This document shows, piece after piece, positions 19,063 to 29,400 of a DNA stretch of 64,000 bases. The notes under the pieces are model-generated. The model was given only the letters and a program-made list of their open reading frames with translations, made no database searches and was not told where the DNA came from. The translations under genes were made by a program, and so were the position numbers. Every line of letters begins with the position of its first letter. Positions within the stretch are counted from its first letter, which is position 1. Source of the DNA: a virus; the IMG/VR virus record IMGVR_UViG_3300008113_000031, positions 1-64,000 of that record, one strand, 5' to 3'.

Positions 19063-19689
19063 ATGGATGATGAGGTTCTCTTAGAACTGAAACAAAAATA
19101 CGGTCCCCTTTACGCAGTCAATGTAAAGGGGACTGATTTGTTATTCAGGGAATTAACATTCGCTGAGTTTGATAAAATATCGACAATAGGACAGGCACAA
19201 GGATTCTCATCAGCAGACGCAGAAGATGAGATATTAAAAACTACAATTGTATATCCTGAAGGTTTTGATATATACAGAATTCCAGCCGGAATGGTTTCCG
19301 CTGTTGCCCAAGAGGTCATAGATGCTTCAGGATTTCAGTCTGCAAGAGTGGCTAAAAGAATACTGGAATCAAAAAGAGAAGCTGCTGGAGAAGTTAGAAA
19401 TTTAATGAAAGCCTTTGTTTTGGCTACTATAGGTACATACTCTCCAGAAGATTTAGATAACATGACCTTTAGTCAACTATCAGAAAGAGTTGCACTAGCA
19501 GAAAAAATAATTGAAATTCAGCAGAATGTGTACGGGATAGAGTCGACTAATATCAAACTAGAATTAATAGATCCAGAAGAAGAAATGCTGAGAGAACAAG
19601 CAAAAGCTGCAAACTACAATGCCTCAAGAAAACAAGGCGAAGCAGCTTACGAAGACCCAGTTGCCAGAAAGCTTTGGGGGGCAATGTAA
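19063..19689 (+). CDS. Putative tail assembly chaperone 2 (paralogue)
   Basis: LKQKYGPLY..LLFRELTFAEF and AG....AQEVIDASGF parallel chaperone 1. Confidence 0.6.
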   Translation: MDDEVLLELKQKYGPLYAVNVKGTDLLFRELTFAEFDKISTIGQAQGFSSADAEDEILKTTIVYPEGFDIYRIPAGMVSAVAQEVIDASGFQSARVAKRILESKREAAGEVRNLMKAFVLATIGTYSPEDLDNMTFSQLSERVALAEKIIEIQQNVYGIESTNIKLELIDPEEEMLREQAKAANYNASRKQGEAAYEDPVARKLWGAM

Positions 19690-19702
19690 TTAGGAGGACT
19701 AA

Positions 19703-22700
19703 ATGTTTAGGGACAAGGGACCTATACATAATTTAGGGCACGGTGTTTCATCTAGGGACATGCCATCTAGAGAGGGTGAAACAGAAACACCTAGTCCTAA
19801 TTCAGGCTATGTAGCAAAGGCTTTAGATGCGCATCCTATGATGCGTTTTTTTGCGTCTGCTGGCACAGCAATGTTGGTTACTACACTTGCTTCAAGGCTC
19901 ACTAAATCTGGTGGTTTAAAACTAGGTCAAGCCCTACAGAATTCTTCCGACGCAGCAATGAGAGCTGGTCGCACAGATGCTTTGTCAACCAGAGCAATTA
20001 GAAGTATTACTGAAATTAGAAAAGAGCTAGACAATCTTAGCGCAATGCATAGAAGCATTGATGGGGTTGATGATCCGTATCTAAAAGCTGTTTATGAAGT
20101 TGACGGAAAACTTACAACTGGTTATAATCCAACTTTAGGTAGAAGAAAATTCTTTAGACCACTTAGCCAAGAAGGTGCAAGAAGTTCCGCAAGAGGGCTT
20201 ACTTCAGAATCCGCAGAAGCTTGGACAATGCGAGATGAGCTACAGGTTAGATTAGTTAGAGCTGCTCGAAGAATGCCATATGAACTACCGGCATTATATG
20301 TTACTCAAAAAGCTGTTACTGAGCCACTTTTTGGTCAAAACCAAGAGAAGAAAAGACTTAATTGGTATAACCCAGCAGATGTAATTTCTGACTTCGTTAA
20401 GCAGTCAACCCTAAACGTTGCCACTATGATCCTGCCATTTGAGGCAGTCGGAGCTGCAGGGGCTGCTGGAAGAAGCTCTCTTACAACGCTAGCTGGGTCA
20501 ATGAATGATCTTAGAGCTTTGTCTCCAGTTCAAAGAAAAGCAGCAAACGCAGCCATTGACATTAGGTCACTTCTTGCTGAAGTTGGCCAAGACATAGCAG
20601 GAATGACCAATAAAGTTCTTAAGATGTCATCTCAAACCAGCGGTGCTTTTGCTGCTGGTGTGTCTGAGGCGGGTAATTCACAACCTGAATTCGTTCATGA
20701 GGCGGGTAATTCACAACCTGAATTCGTTCAAGCTTTAAGGGCTGCTAGGCACGGAGCAAAACAGGCCGTACAAGATATGGCTGATGCTGACAGGTCTAAG
20801 AGACTTAAGGTGATGACAGCCAGGGCAAGAGGATTCTTTACAGGAACAACAGAAGAAGGAATAGGCGTTTTAGACGTACTACCAACTTTTAAGGGTATTG
20901 GCGTAGGCACAGCTGCCGGCAAAAATCAATTCAAAGCACTAGGTGTAGCTCATGATGTTGTTTCTGGAAGGCTAACCAGAGAACAAGCATTAGGTAAGCT
21001 AACTCAAAAATTTGGATACTCCACCGATGATGCTTTTGCCACAGCCCTTGCCGAAAATGGAAGTAGACTTAAACTAAGAGGCCTTAGTGGTACTTCCGCA
21101 GATGAAATATTAACCAAAGCTATCAATGCCGTTCAATCCCAACACTCCAGTAAATTAACTAGATTAAGTCAAGATTTTTATAGATTAGGGGCTGGAGGTC
21201 CTAATACAGACAGGTTTAAAGGCAGTGAATTTTATCAAAAGTCTTTACAGGATGAATACAAAGATCAGCTGTCTAGACATCTTGTAAATGTTAAAGGTGT
21301 AGACCAAAAAGCTGCAGATAGTTTTGTAGCTCAAATAAAAATTAATCAACTTCCTTCTGCAAAGCAAGAATCTGCAGTAACTAATAGAATTTCTCTTGGA
21401 AGAAAAAAACAATTCTCTGATGATGCAGACACATTTTTTGATGATCTTTTAGAAAGATTTAGGGGAATTAAAGGCGGTAAAGATTTCCAAGCTGCAATAG
21501 GATCAGGAAATGCTCTTAAAGAATCTATAGAAGAAGTAGATAGATTATTCGTATCAGAAGAATTCAGAAGATCTTTAACGGAAAAAATAGCCAGTAATTG
21601 GAATCAATTTAGAGTTAGCGCAATGCCCGATGTGGCATCGGATATATTAAAGCCAGCAAAACAAAGTTATTTAGATTTTATTGGGCCAATATCTGAAGGT
21701 AAGCAAACATTTTTGCAAAGAAAAACTGCACAAACTCTTGGAATACCTTTAGTCCAAAAAGATGGAAGAAGGATTTCTCAATCTGTTCTTGAATCAAAAT
21801 TAGCGGGTCAAGGATTTGACCCAACTGACTTTAGCTACATGAGAGATTTTCTCTTAAATCAGAGAAAATTAACAACAGGTTTTTTTGGCGGCGGTAGTGC
21901 AAATATTCTAGGCCTAAAGCCTCTTTTGGTCGACGAAGGTGTAGATCGTGGACTGTTTAAGTTTATGCCAGAGGAACAGCAGTCTTCAATTAGGCAACTT
22001 GCTTCAACTCAAGCTACATTTGATCCAGTAACCGGTGGTCTTGGCAGTGCTACCGCAACAATGGGTAGAAGTGCAATAGGTGGTGTTTATAAAACAAGAT
22101 CTGGAGAAATCTTAGACTTTACAAAAGTCACAAGTATGTTGACAAAAGCTAAAGACTTTATTGCTTCTGATTTTAGAGTTCCAATTGTTGGCTTCAATCC
22201 AGCAGACCTTTTTGGCAATAGGTCTTTAAAGGATATTAGAAATTCACCAGTATTACAGTACGTTTCTTCTAGATCTGTTCAACCATTTGTTCCCCAACAA
22301 GGGGCAAGGCCAGATTTTTATATTCTTAATAGAACAAAAGGAACAAAAGGAACCTTAAGATCTTTTGCTTCAGATGAATCTGGAAGGCTAACTACATCAA
22401 AACTACCAGGCTTTTATCGAGCTGCGCCATCTGCAAGTACGGAAATATTCTCTAGGGAAGCACGAAATGCAGCAGGATTAACTGGAGAAAGAGTAGATAC
22501 TCTTGGTGGTCAAAATACAAGGTTTGCTAGATTCAAAAAAACATTTGACATTGACCCAGAGCAGCCTAATTCTTTATTTAGATTAGCCTCTAGATATAGA
22601 AACAGACAGTCTGATATTCGAAATCCTAGAGTATTAGCGCAGCTTCTTTCTAACGAAAACAATACTGTCACTTACAATACCTTAAAAGGCAAAAGATCAC

Positions 22701-25700
22701 TTAGGCTTAATATCGCATCTGAAACGGACGACGCTCTTAGAAAAATTTCTGTAGTAGATGACGCTGGAAATGAAGTATATAACCAATCTCAGGTTCTATC
22801 TGCAGTAGAGTCTTTTAGAAAGAGAATATTTAACTTTAAGATCAATCAAAGAGTAATGAAGGAGCTTGAAGAGGTTTCACCGGATCTTTTTAGGTCTACA
22901 TCTGGGATTAGAGCAAGCACAATAAGTACAGTTCAAGATGTCAGAAATGCCGTAAGAACTTTAATTTCAGAGCAAGGGCAAGCCTATGCTCAAATAAGAA
23001 GTTCTGGAATGGATCCAAAGCAGCTTACTAAGTCGTTCTCGCGACTACAAAGCTACATGGATGAAACTCAGTTTGATGTAGATGAAGCTGGTTCAGAGAT
23101 ATTTAGGTATATCTCTCAAAGAAATCAAATGCTACAACAGTCAATGCCGACAGCATCAAGAACAGTAAATATAACTGATGACATTTTTACTCAAATTGAA
23201 AAAGTTACCAGACAACTTCAGGCAGAAGGAAAGATAGGAATAGATGCAGCAGTAGAAGCTAGAGCTTTCGGTGTTGCTACACTATTTAACTTTAGCGCAT
23301 TTAGCACCCATAGAGGTGGTCGTGAGCTAACAGAAAATGCAGTAAGTGCATTAAACAATATAGTTTCAAGTGCAACTAGTAATGAATCTGTAAGAAAACT
23401 TTTTGGCGAGTTTACTAGGGGCAATACTTCAATGCTCAACACGAGTATTAGAAGACCTGCATCAAGATTACTGCCCGGATTAAGCAGAAAATTTGGAACA
23501 GCGCCATATGAAATAAATGATCTTTCCGTTAACGTACTTGGTAGTGGGCAGCAATATACAATGCTGCCAACTTTTGGAACAGTTTTTGCCAGAAATCCAA
23601 TGGCAGCTATCAAGAGTGCGGCAGGAATTGGAACTTACAAAAATCCAGAAGCATTTTCAACAGGGTCAATACCAACTGCACATATTTTTGGAAGATTAAA
23701 TAAATACTTTGGTACCTTTGGTGCACAGTTAGATCAGTCTCAATATGGCGGTCCTCTTGACTTGTACATGAGAGGAATGGTTGGCAAAAGAGTTCTTCCA
23801 CTCACAGCTGCTGGTGCAACCTTTATGGCTGTGGATAGAACAATTGGTGGATACGCTAACGAAAGAGATCAAAGGGGAGAAAGAGTTTATTCTCCATTCT
23901 TTACCACTAAATTAGCAAGAGCAGCTGTTGAAGGTCAGTCTATCGGAGCTGGCCTAGTGCCTGGTGGAATGTCTTACGAGGAAAAGAAAGATCAACTTTT
24001 AAATGGTGAAGTTGCCGTTAGGCAAGGTAGATATTGGCCCTTGGGAACAACTCCATTTCAGGGTGGAAAAGTACTCTACTACAGGCCATCTTACTATAGA
24101 AAACTAGCAGAAGGAACTGGTTTAACTTCTGATTCATATTCTTCTCCGGCAGAGAAGCTAGCTTTTGGCTACGATTTTTCTCCATTAAGACCATTTGATC
24201 CGTATAGGTTTGAGAGAGAAAATTATTACGATAGACCATACCCTGTTACTGGTGAATACTTTACTGGACCCTATGGTCCGGCAACTTCTCTTGGCAACTT
24301 AACTATAGGCAAACTCCTCAAACCCCAAATGCCGATGCACGAAGATGCTGTATCGGCAGGATTGGCGGCTTACGTTCCTGCAGGAGAGTCTGGCGCATAC
24401 AATGCCCAAGGTCTGTTAGATTCAGGCAAGGTATCTCCTGTTATGGGTTCAGGGGGTGCCATTACTTCGCTAAATTCTGCTAGTGGTGGATATTACGGAG
24501 CAGGCAGACAAATAGCTGGCTATAACAATGCTATGTCAGCAAACGCTGGAGCTATGGCTACAGCTAGCAGATCTGTTACTGGTCAAATAGGGTCTTACAA
24601 CAATGCACTAACTAATGCAGCTACATCTGGTCCAAATAGAGTAACTCAAGCTGCTCAGGCAACTTATGGTCCACCAAAAGTTCCTGGAATTATACCTCCA
24701 TCCATAGTCCCTGCCGGTCAACCAACCAACACCGGCGCAATGTCGTTCCAAGCGAGTGAGTTAGGATACAGACTTCAGGAAACAGCTGGTATTTATGGAT
24801 TTGCATTTGGATCACTTAGAGAAGGACTTGGTTTTGGAAATCAAGATATGTCCCCTCAAGTTTCTGCACTACAATCTGCTTCAAAAGGATATGGTTCTAC
24901 TAGAGCATTTTGGGATCTTAATCTTGGTGGTCTTGGCGACGTTCCAATGGCTGGAGAGGGTTCTATTGGAAATATAGAAGTTTCTGAAATTGTCAGAAGA
25001 TTTATACCCAAAGAAAGAACGGATATAAATTACATAAACCCCATTCCAAACACCATGGGGCAGCAGTATCCATTCTTGCCAGGATCTGATTACTTTATAA
25101 ATTTCAAAACTGGTGATCCTTTTACAAGAGTTCAAGAAGGAGAAATAAGATTACCTGGCGTTGGCTATGAAAGATTAAATACTCTATATGGAGATGAAAC
25201 AGGAAGGTATGGCAGGGTTAATCAGTTGGATATACTTGCTGACGTAGCGCCTTATTCTAAAGAGTTTAGATCTTTAAATAGAACTATTAAAATGGGAGAC
25301 CTTTCCCCCGCAGAAAGAATTAAAGTTCAAGAAATAAGAGGTCAAGTAGAAAATACCACAACAAAATACCAGTTCTCTGCATATAAATATAAAGATACGT
25401 CAGCAGAAGAAATGGGAATGCACCCAACAGTACATGCACTTAGTAGGGCTGGAGAATTCATAGCACATAGGGACACGTTCTTTAATACAAAGTTCTTGAA
25501 TAAAAGAACTGCCACCGAAGACTGGGAAAGAAGAAATGTATATGGAGCTACCTTTCCAGAATGGCAAAGGCCATATGAAAGCTTTATACAGCCAATGGTT
25601 AATAAGGCGTCTCAAAGAGATCCTATATCTGCAACCATTGCAATGGGCGCTGCAGGATCATTCTTTGGTAGAACAGCAACAGCAAAAACAGTTGGTTCTT

Positions 25701-26446
25701 TAGTCGGTGGTCTTGCTGGATTAACTTCTTCTGTCAAAGGTAATCTTCATGAGATGGTTACTGGCGAAAGACAAATGCCAAAAACTAGAGTAAAAGAACT
25801 TGCACTAGAAGAGTATATAGACATTCTTGGTTATGTTAAAAATACAAGTCTAGCTGCAGAAGCGAAAGCTAGGGGCGATGCTGCTGCTGCAGCAAGCTTT
25901 ACGTCAGCTGCAAAAAGAACAATGTATGGAGCAGATGTTTATGGTGGATCTGTAGAAAATTTATCTTTAGCTATTCCAAAAAGAAAAAGAGAACACTTTA
26001 AAGCTATGATAAATGCTCCAGAAGAAGAAAGGGAAAGAATACTTTCTACTGCTGGAAGACTAGAGAGAAGATTCTATCAAGCTGCCTGGGGAATGAGTGT
26101 TGAAGAAAAACCAGATTTGGCAGAGTATTTTTCTAGACACCAGCTACCAGATCAACACTGGGAGGGTTGGCACGCAAACACTAATCTAGAGCATGTTAAA
26201 ATAAAGATGGGGCAATCTATGGGTCTAGAAATGTCTCAAATGGGTTACTATCCACAACAGGTTAAAGAAGCAAATTTAACCAATCCATCTTATCCATCAT
26301 TTTTTGAAAATAATTCTGAAGAAAATGTTGGCTCTCAACTTAGAGCTATGATGTCAAGAATGGGAGTTTCTGGAAGCGTAAGAGAAAACAGAAACCCTTA
26401 TGGTTCTAACTCTATAAATTTATCGTCCGCAATAAATATATTTTAA
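19703..26446 (+). CDS. Tape measure-like protein (2247 aa)
   Basis: AGGAGG RBS; long Ala/Gly/Arg-rich, largely helical protein directly after the chaperones. Confidence 0.6.
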   Translation: MFRDKGPIHNLGHGVSSRDMPSREGETETPSPNSGYVAKALDAHPMMRFFASAGTAMLVTTLASRLTKSGGLKLGQALQNSSDAAMRAGRTDALSTRAIRSITEIRKELDNLSAMHRSIDGVDDPYLKAVYEVDGKLTTGYNPTLGRRKFFRPLSQEGARSSARGLTSESAEAWTMRDELQVRLVRAARRMPYELPALYVTQKAVTEPLFGQNQEKKRLNWYNPADVISDFVKQSTLNVATMILPFEAVGAAGAAGRSSLTTLAGSMNDLRALSPVQRKAANAAIDIRSLLAEVGQDIAGMTNKVLKMSSQTSGAFAAGVSEAGNSQPEFVHEAGNSQPEFVQALRAARHGAKQAVQDMADADRSKRLKVMTARARGFFTGTTEEGIGVLDVLPTFKGIGVGTAAGKNQFKALGVAHDVVSGRLTREQALGKLTQKFGYSTDDAFATALAENGSRLKLRGLSGTSADEILTKAINAVQSQHSSKLTRLSQDFYRLGAGGPNTDRFKGSEFYQKSLQDEYKDQLSRHLVNVKGVDQKAADSFVAQIKINQLPSAKQESAVTNRISLGRKKQFSDDADTFFDDLLERFRGIKGGKDFQAAIGSGNALKESIEEVDRLFVSEEFRRSLTEKIASNWNQFRVSAMPDVASDILKPAKQSYLDFIGPISEGKQTFLQRKTAQTLGIPLVQKDGRRISQSVLESKLAGQGFDPTDFSYMRDFLLNQRKLTTGFFGGGSANILGLKPLLVDEGVDRGLFKFMPEEQQSSIRQLASTQATFDPVTGGLGSATATMGRSAIGGVYKTRSGEILDFTKVTSMLTKAKDFIASDFRVPIVGFNPADLFGNRSLKDIRNSPVLQYVSSRSVQPFVPQQGARPDFYILNRTKGTKGTLRSFASDESGRLTTSKLPGFYRAAPSASTEIFSREARNAAGLTGERVDTLGGQNTRFARFKKTFDIDPEQPNSLFRLASRYRNRQSDIRNPRVLAQLLSNENNTVTYNTLKGKRSLRLNIASETDDALRKISVVDDAGNEVYNQSQVLSAVESFRKRIFNFKINQRVMKELEEVSPDLFRSTSGIRASTISTVQDVRNAVRTLISEQGQAYAQIRSSGMDPKQLTKSFSRLQSYMDETQFDVDEAGSEIFRYISQRNQMLQQSMPTASRTVNITDDIFTQIEKVTRQLQAEGKIGIDAAVEARAFGVATLFNFSAFSTHRGGRELTENAVSALNNIVSSATSNESVRKLFGEFTRGNTSMLNTSIRRPASRLLPGLSRKFGTAPYEINDLSVNVLGSGQQYTMLPTFGTVFARNPMAAIKSAAGIGTYKNPEAFSTGSIPTAHIFGRLNKYFGTFGAQLDQSQYGGPLDLYMRGMVGKRVLPLTAAGATFMAVDRTIGGYANERDQRGERVYSPFFTTKLARAAVEGQSIGAGLVPGGMSYEEKKDQLLNGEVAVRQGRYWPLGTTPFQGGKVLYYRPSYYRKLAEGTGLTSDSYSSPAEKLAFGYDFSPLRPFDPYRFERENYYDRPYPVTGEYFTGPYGPATSLGNLTIGKLLKPQMPMHEDAVSAGLAAYVPAGESGAYNAQGLLDSGKVSPVMGSGGAITSLNSASGGYYGAGRQIAGYNNAMSANAGAMATASRSVTGQIGSYNNALTNAATSGPNRVTQAAQATYGPPKVPGIIPPSIVPAGQPTNTGAMSFQASELGYRLQETAGIYGFAFGSLREGLGFGNQDMSPQVSALQSASKGYGSTRAFWDLNLGGLGDVPMAGEGSIGNIEVSEIVRRFIPKERTDINYINPIPNTMGQQYPFLPGSDYFINFKTGDPFTRVQEGEIRLPGVGYERLNTLYGDETGRYGRVNQLDILADVAPYSKEFRSLNRTIKMGDLSPAERIKVQEIRGQVENTTTKYQFSAYKYKDTSAEEMGMHPTVHALSRAGEFIAHRDTFFNTKFLNKRTATEDWERRNVYGATFPEWQRPYESFIQPMVNKASQRDPISATIAMGAAGSFFGRTATAKTVGSLVGGLAGLTSSVKGNLHEMVTGERQMPKTRVKELALEEYIDILGYVKNTSLAAEAKARGDAAAAASFTSAAKRTMYGADVYGGSVENLSLAIPKRKREHFKAMINAPEEERERILSTAGRLERRFYQAAWGMSVEEKPDLAEYFSRHQLPDQHWEGWHANTNLEHVKIKMGQSMGLEMSQMGYYPQQVKEANLTNPSYPSFFENNSEENVGSQLRAMMSRMGVSGSVRENRNPYGSNSINLSSAINIF
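20665..20730 (+). repeat. Perfect 33-bp tandem duplication (EAGNSQPEFVH / EAGNSQPEFVQ)
   Basis: TGAGGCGGGTAATTCACAACCTGAATTCGTTCA twice in tandem, in frame. Confidence 0.95.
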
Positions 26447-26457
26447 AGTGAAAAAAA

Positions 26458-29400
26458 ATGGTAACAATTAATCCACTTATCAGCACTGAGGCAATGCCAC
26501 TAAAAAAACTTAGAGCTGAACAACGCCTCCTTAGGCGCAGCATGTATGGAATGACAGACATGATCAGGGTTGATCTTGATGGTGAAAATCTTGTATACAC
26601 TCTTAATACTAGCGGGCAAACTTTTAATACAGCAAAAGAAGCGTTTGATGCAGCAGGAAAAACTGGCATGACGACGTTTGCTAGATTAACCGGAGACATT
26701 GAAACATCATCTTATAATATGAGGGGTCTTGCTGGATTAGAAGAAAGACTTAAATCAATAACTGAACAGTTAAATGTTGACACAGGTCTTGCTAGTAGAC
26801 TTGGTGTAAATGATCCTAATTTAATTCGCTTTGAAGTTGGAAGCTTTAAAACTGATTTAGGAAACAAAACAACAATTAAATCTATTGTTGAACAATTAGA
26901 CGGACGTGGCATTATGGTTCCTGATGATTCTGCCTTCAACTTACTGAGAGTTTTTGAGGGCGACAGAGAAATGACAGTAGGGGAAATATCAAGGTTATTC
27001 AGTGCGACTTCAGAAGGTGCAGGTGGCATTCTTTCTACTAGCGAACTTATGGACAAACTAGAAGGCGGCGCTCAAAAAGTTGCATCAATGTATTCAAAAT
27101 CTGGCAAACGTGTAAGAGGAGCAATAGGTTTAAGGGATATATCTTTATCGGGAAAAGATCTATCTAATATACTTGAGCAAGTTAGTGGCACATCACGCTT
27201 AGATGAGAGATCTGTAAGGGTATTTAAAATAAGTGACGATCTTACGGAAATAGCAAAAAATTACTTATCAGTAATTTCTACAGATGAATATCGTAGAATT
27301 TCTGACCCAGTAAGTGCAATGAGGTATGCGGAACACGAAGTTATGGATTTTGCAAAATTCCGTCGCACAGCAGAAACTGCAGATGACATACAAAGACGAG
27401 CTTATTATTCTAGATCAGGAACAATGGAACAAGTTATTTCTGCATTAAAAGGTATGAATATCCTAAATGAAGATGGAACTGTAGCTAGAGCAAATGCTTT
27501 TATAGAGGGGGCAGACGGAGCATTGAGTTCAAAAGAAACTGAACAGCTTATAGCAAAGTTTGAATCTGGAGCTGATGGAACCGGAGTCATGAACGCCAAA
27601 ACATTTAATGCAATGAGAAGTCAGATAAAATCAGAACTAGAAACGCTAACACAACTCCTTCCTGTTTCAGCAAACAAAGAAGCTATAACAATGAGGATTG
27701 GAGAACTTACTTCTCAGCTAGATAAAATGGAAGGTGATTTATTTGAAACAATCACCGGAAGAATATTTATGAATGTTGAAAGGGGCGGCCAATCAGTGCC
27801 GATGATGGCCAAACTGGTTACCGGTCAAGCAGAGTTCGCAGAACCGCTATCTACATTTTCAATGTTAATACCGGATGTTGCATTTAAAAGAGAAACATCA
27901 ATTATGGGTAGGGTTGATTCTTTAAACCTTGTTCTACAGGGAGAACCCTCGCCAAGAGTCTATGCTGACCCACTGGCTCCGGCTTTTCATTACAATGTTC
28001 TTTCTGATCCGAGTGTACTTAGGGCAAAGCAACTCAGACAAAATAGAATTATAGCCGAATTAAACCTTGCAATTGAAACTGGAGAAATTAAAGGTAACTT
28101 AAGAAGACAGATATATCAGTCAGCAGAAGCTAATTTAGATTTAATTTCAGAAACAGGTAGGAATTCCGCAGAAAGAAACAGAATGTTTATGCGTCAGCTT
28201 AAAGAAGCTATAGAGTCTGGGGTCGACGTAAGAACAATGCCTCAATTATTAAACTATCTAAAGAAAAACGCTGCTGCAGATTTATTTAAAGAAAAAACTG
28301 GAGTTGGTTATTTGCCAGCACTTGAAGATTCTTTTAGATTAGCACTTGATACTGAAGCGTCTTACTTCCGCGGAAAGAAAGACAAAGCAGCTAGGTTGGG
28401 AGAAGGCTTAACAGATATAACCATAAGAGGTCGTAGTGACACGATAAAGGCTCTTACTTTCCAAGTTCAAGGTCACAAAATGTTATTTGCTGGCGATGCA
28501 ACCAGTATATTCAAACACTCTCTTGGTGGATTTGACTTGGACGACAAAGGAATAGTCATGCCAAGAATTTTTGAAGATGCAGGAGGAAAAAGGCTTGGAG
28601 CTTTTATCTTCCGTCAGCCCACTGGTCCTGGAGAATTTATTTTTGGCAAAGCAGATTTTAGAAATATAGATACGATTAAATTATTCATAGGAAATAATGA
28701 TGCTCTTATGAATGAACTTGATATTCAAAAGAAAGCTATAACAGGAAATGCTCTTTTGGATACAGTACATGAAGCGATGAGCTTAAATCAAGGTAAAAGA
28801 TTTGATCAATTAGATACTTTAATAGGTCAACAAAGTTCTGATCAAATTGAACAATTTATCATACGCCTTATGGAAGCAGCAGAATCTAGAGGTACCTATA
28901 AGACTCAAACAATTGACATGTCTCATTCTGTATTTCAAATGCTTGAAGGTAAAGAGTTTACTTCACCACTGGCATTGACAAGAGAAAGAATTGGCCTTCT
29001 AGCTGAAGCTGGTGTAGCTGATGAAAAATATTTAGTTGAACAATACAATTACGGGAATATGACAAGAATATTTGCCACCGAAGGTTCTTTTGATTTTAGT
29101 GACGAAATACACGAAGGGCTAAGGGCTTATGTTGGGGCTGATGAATTTGAAGATCTTGCTCAAAAGAGATTGCAATATCAGTCTTTAATGAAGTCTGCAG
29201 TTAAAAGTGAAGTAGATGCAGGAATTGCACTACAGAATGAATATAGTGACACAATAGCTAAAATAATGAGGGCTTCTGATGAAGAAACTAGAGCTGGAAT
29301 ATCTTCTTTGTTTGACGAAGATTTAGCTAGAAAAGGAAGAGCAAAAGTTTTAGGTGGAGACACTATTGGTAGTTATATAAATAGATTAACCATAGCAGCT

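Noticed and set aside
19040-19070. Classical tail-chaperone -1 frameshift
   Set aside because: No slippery heptamer seen; the two genes are in the same frame, each with its own start and stop.
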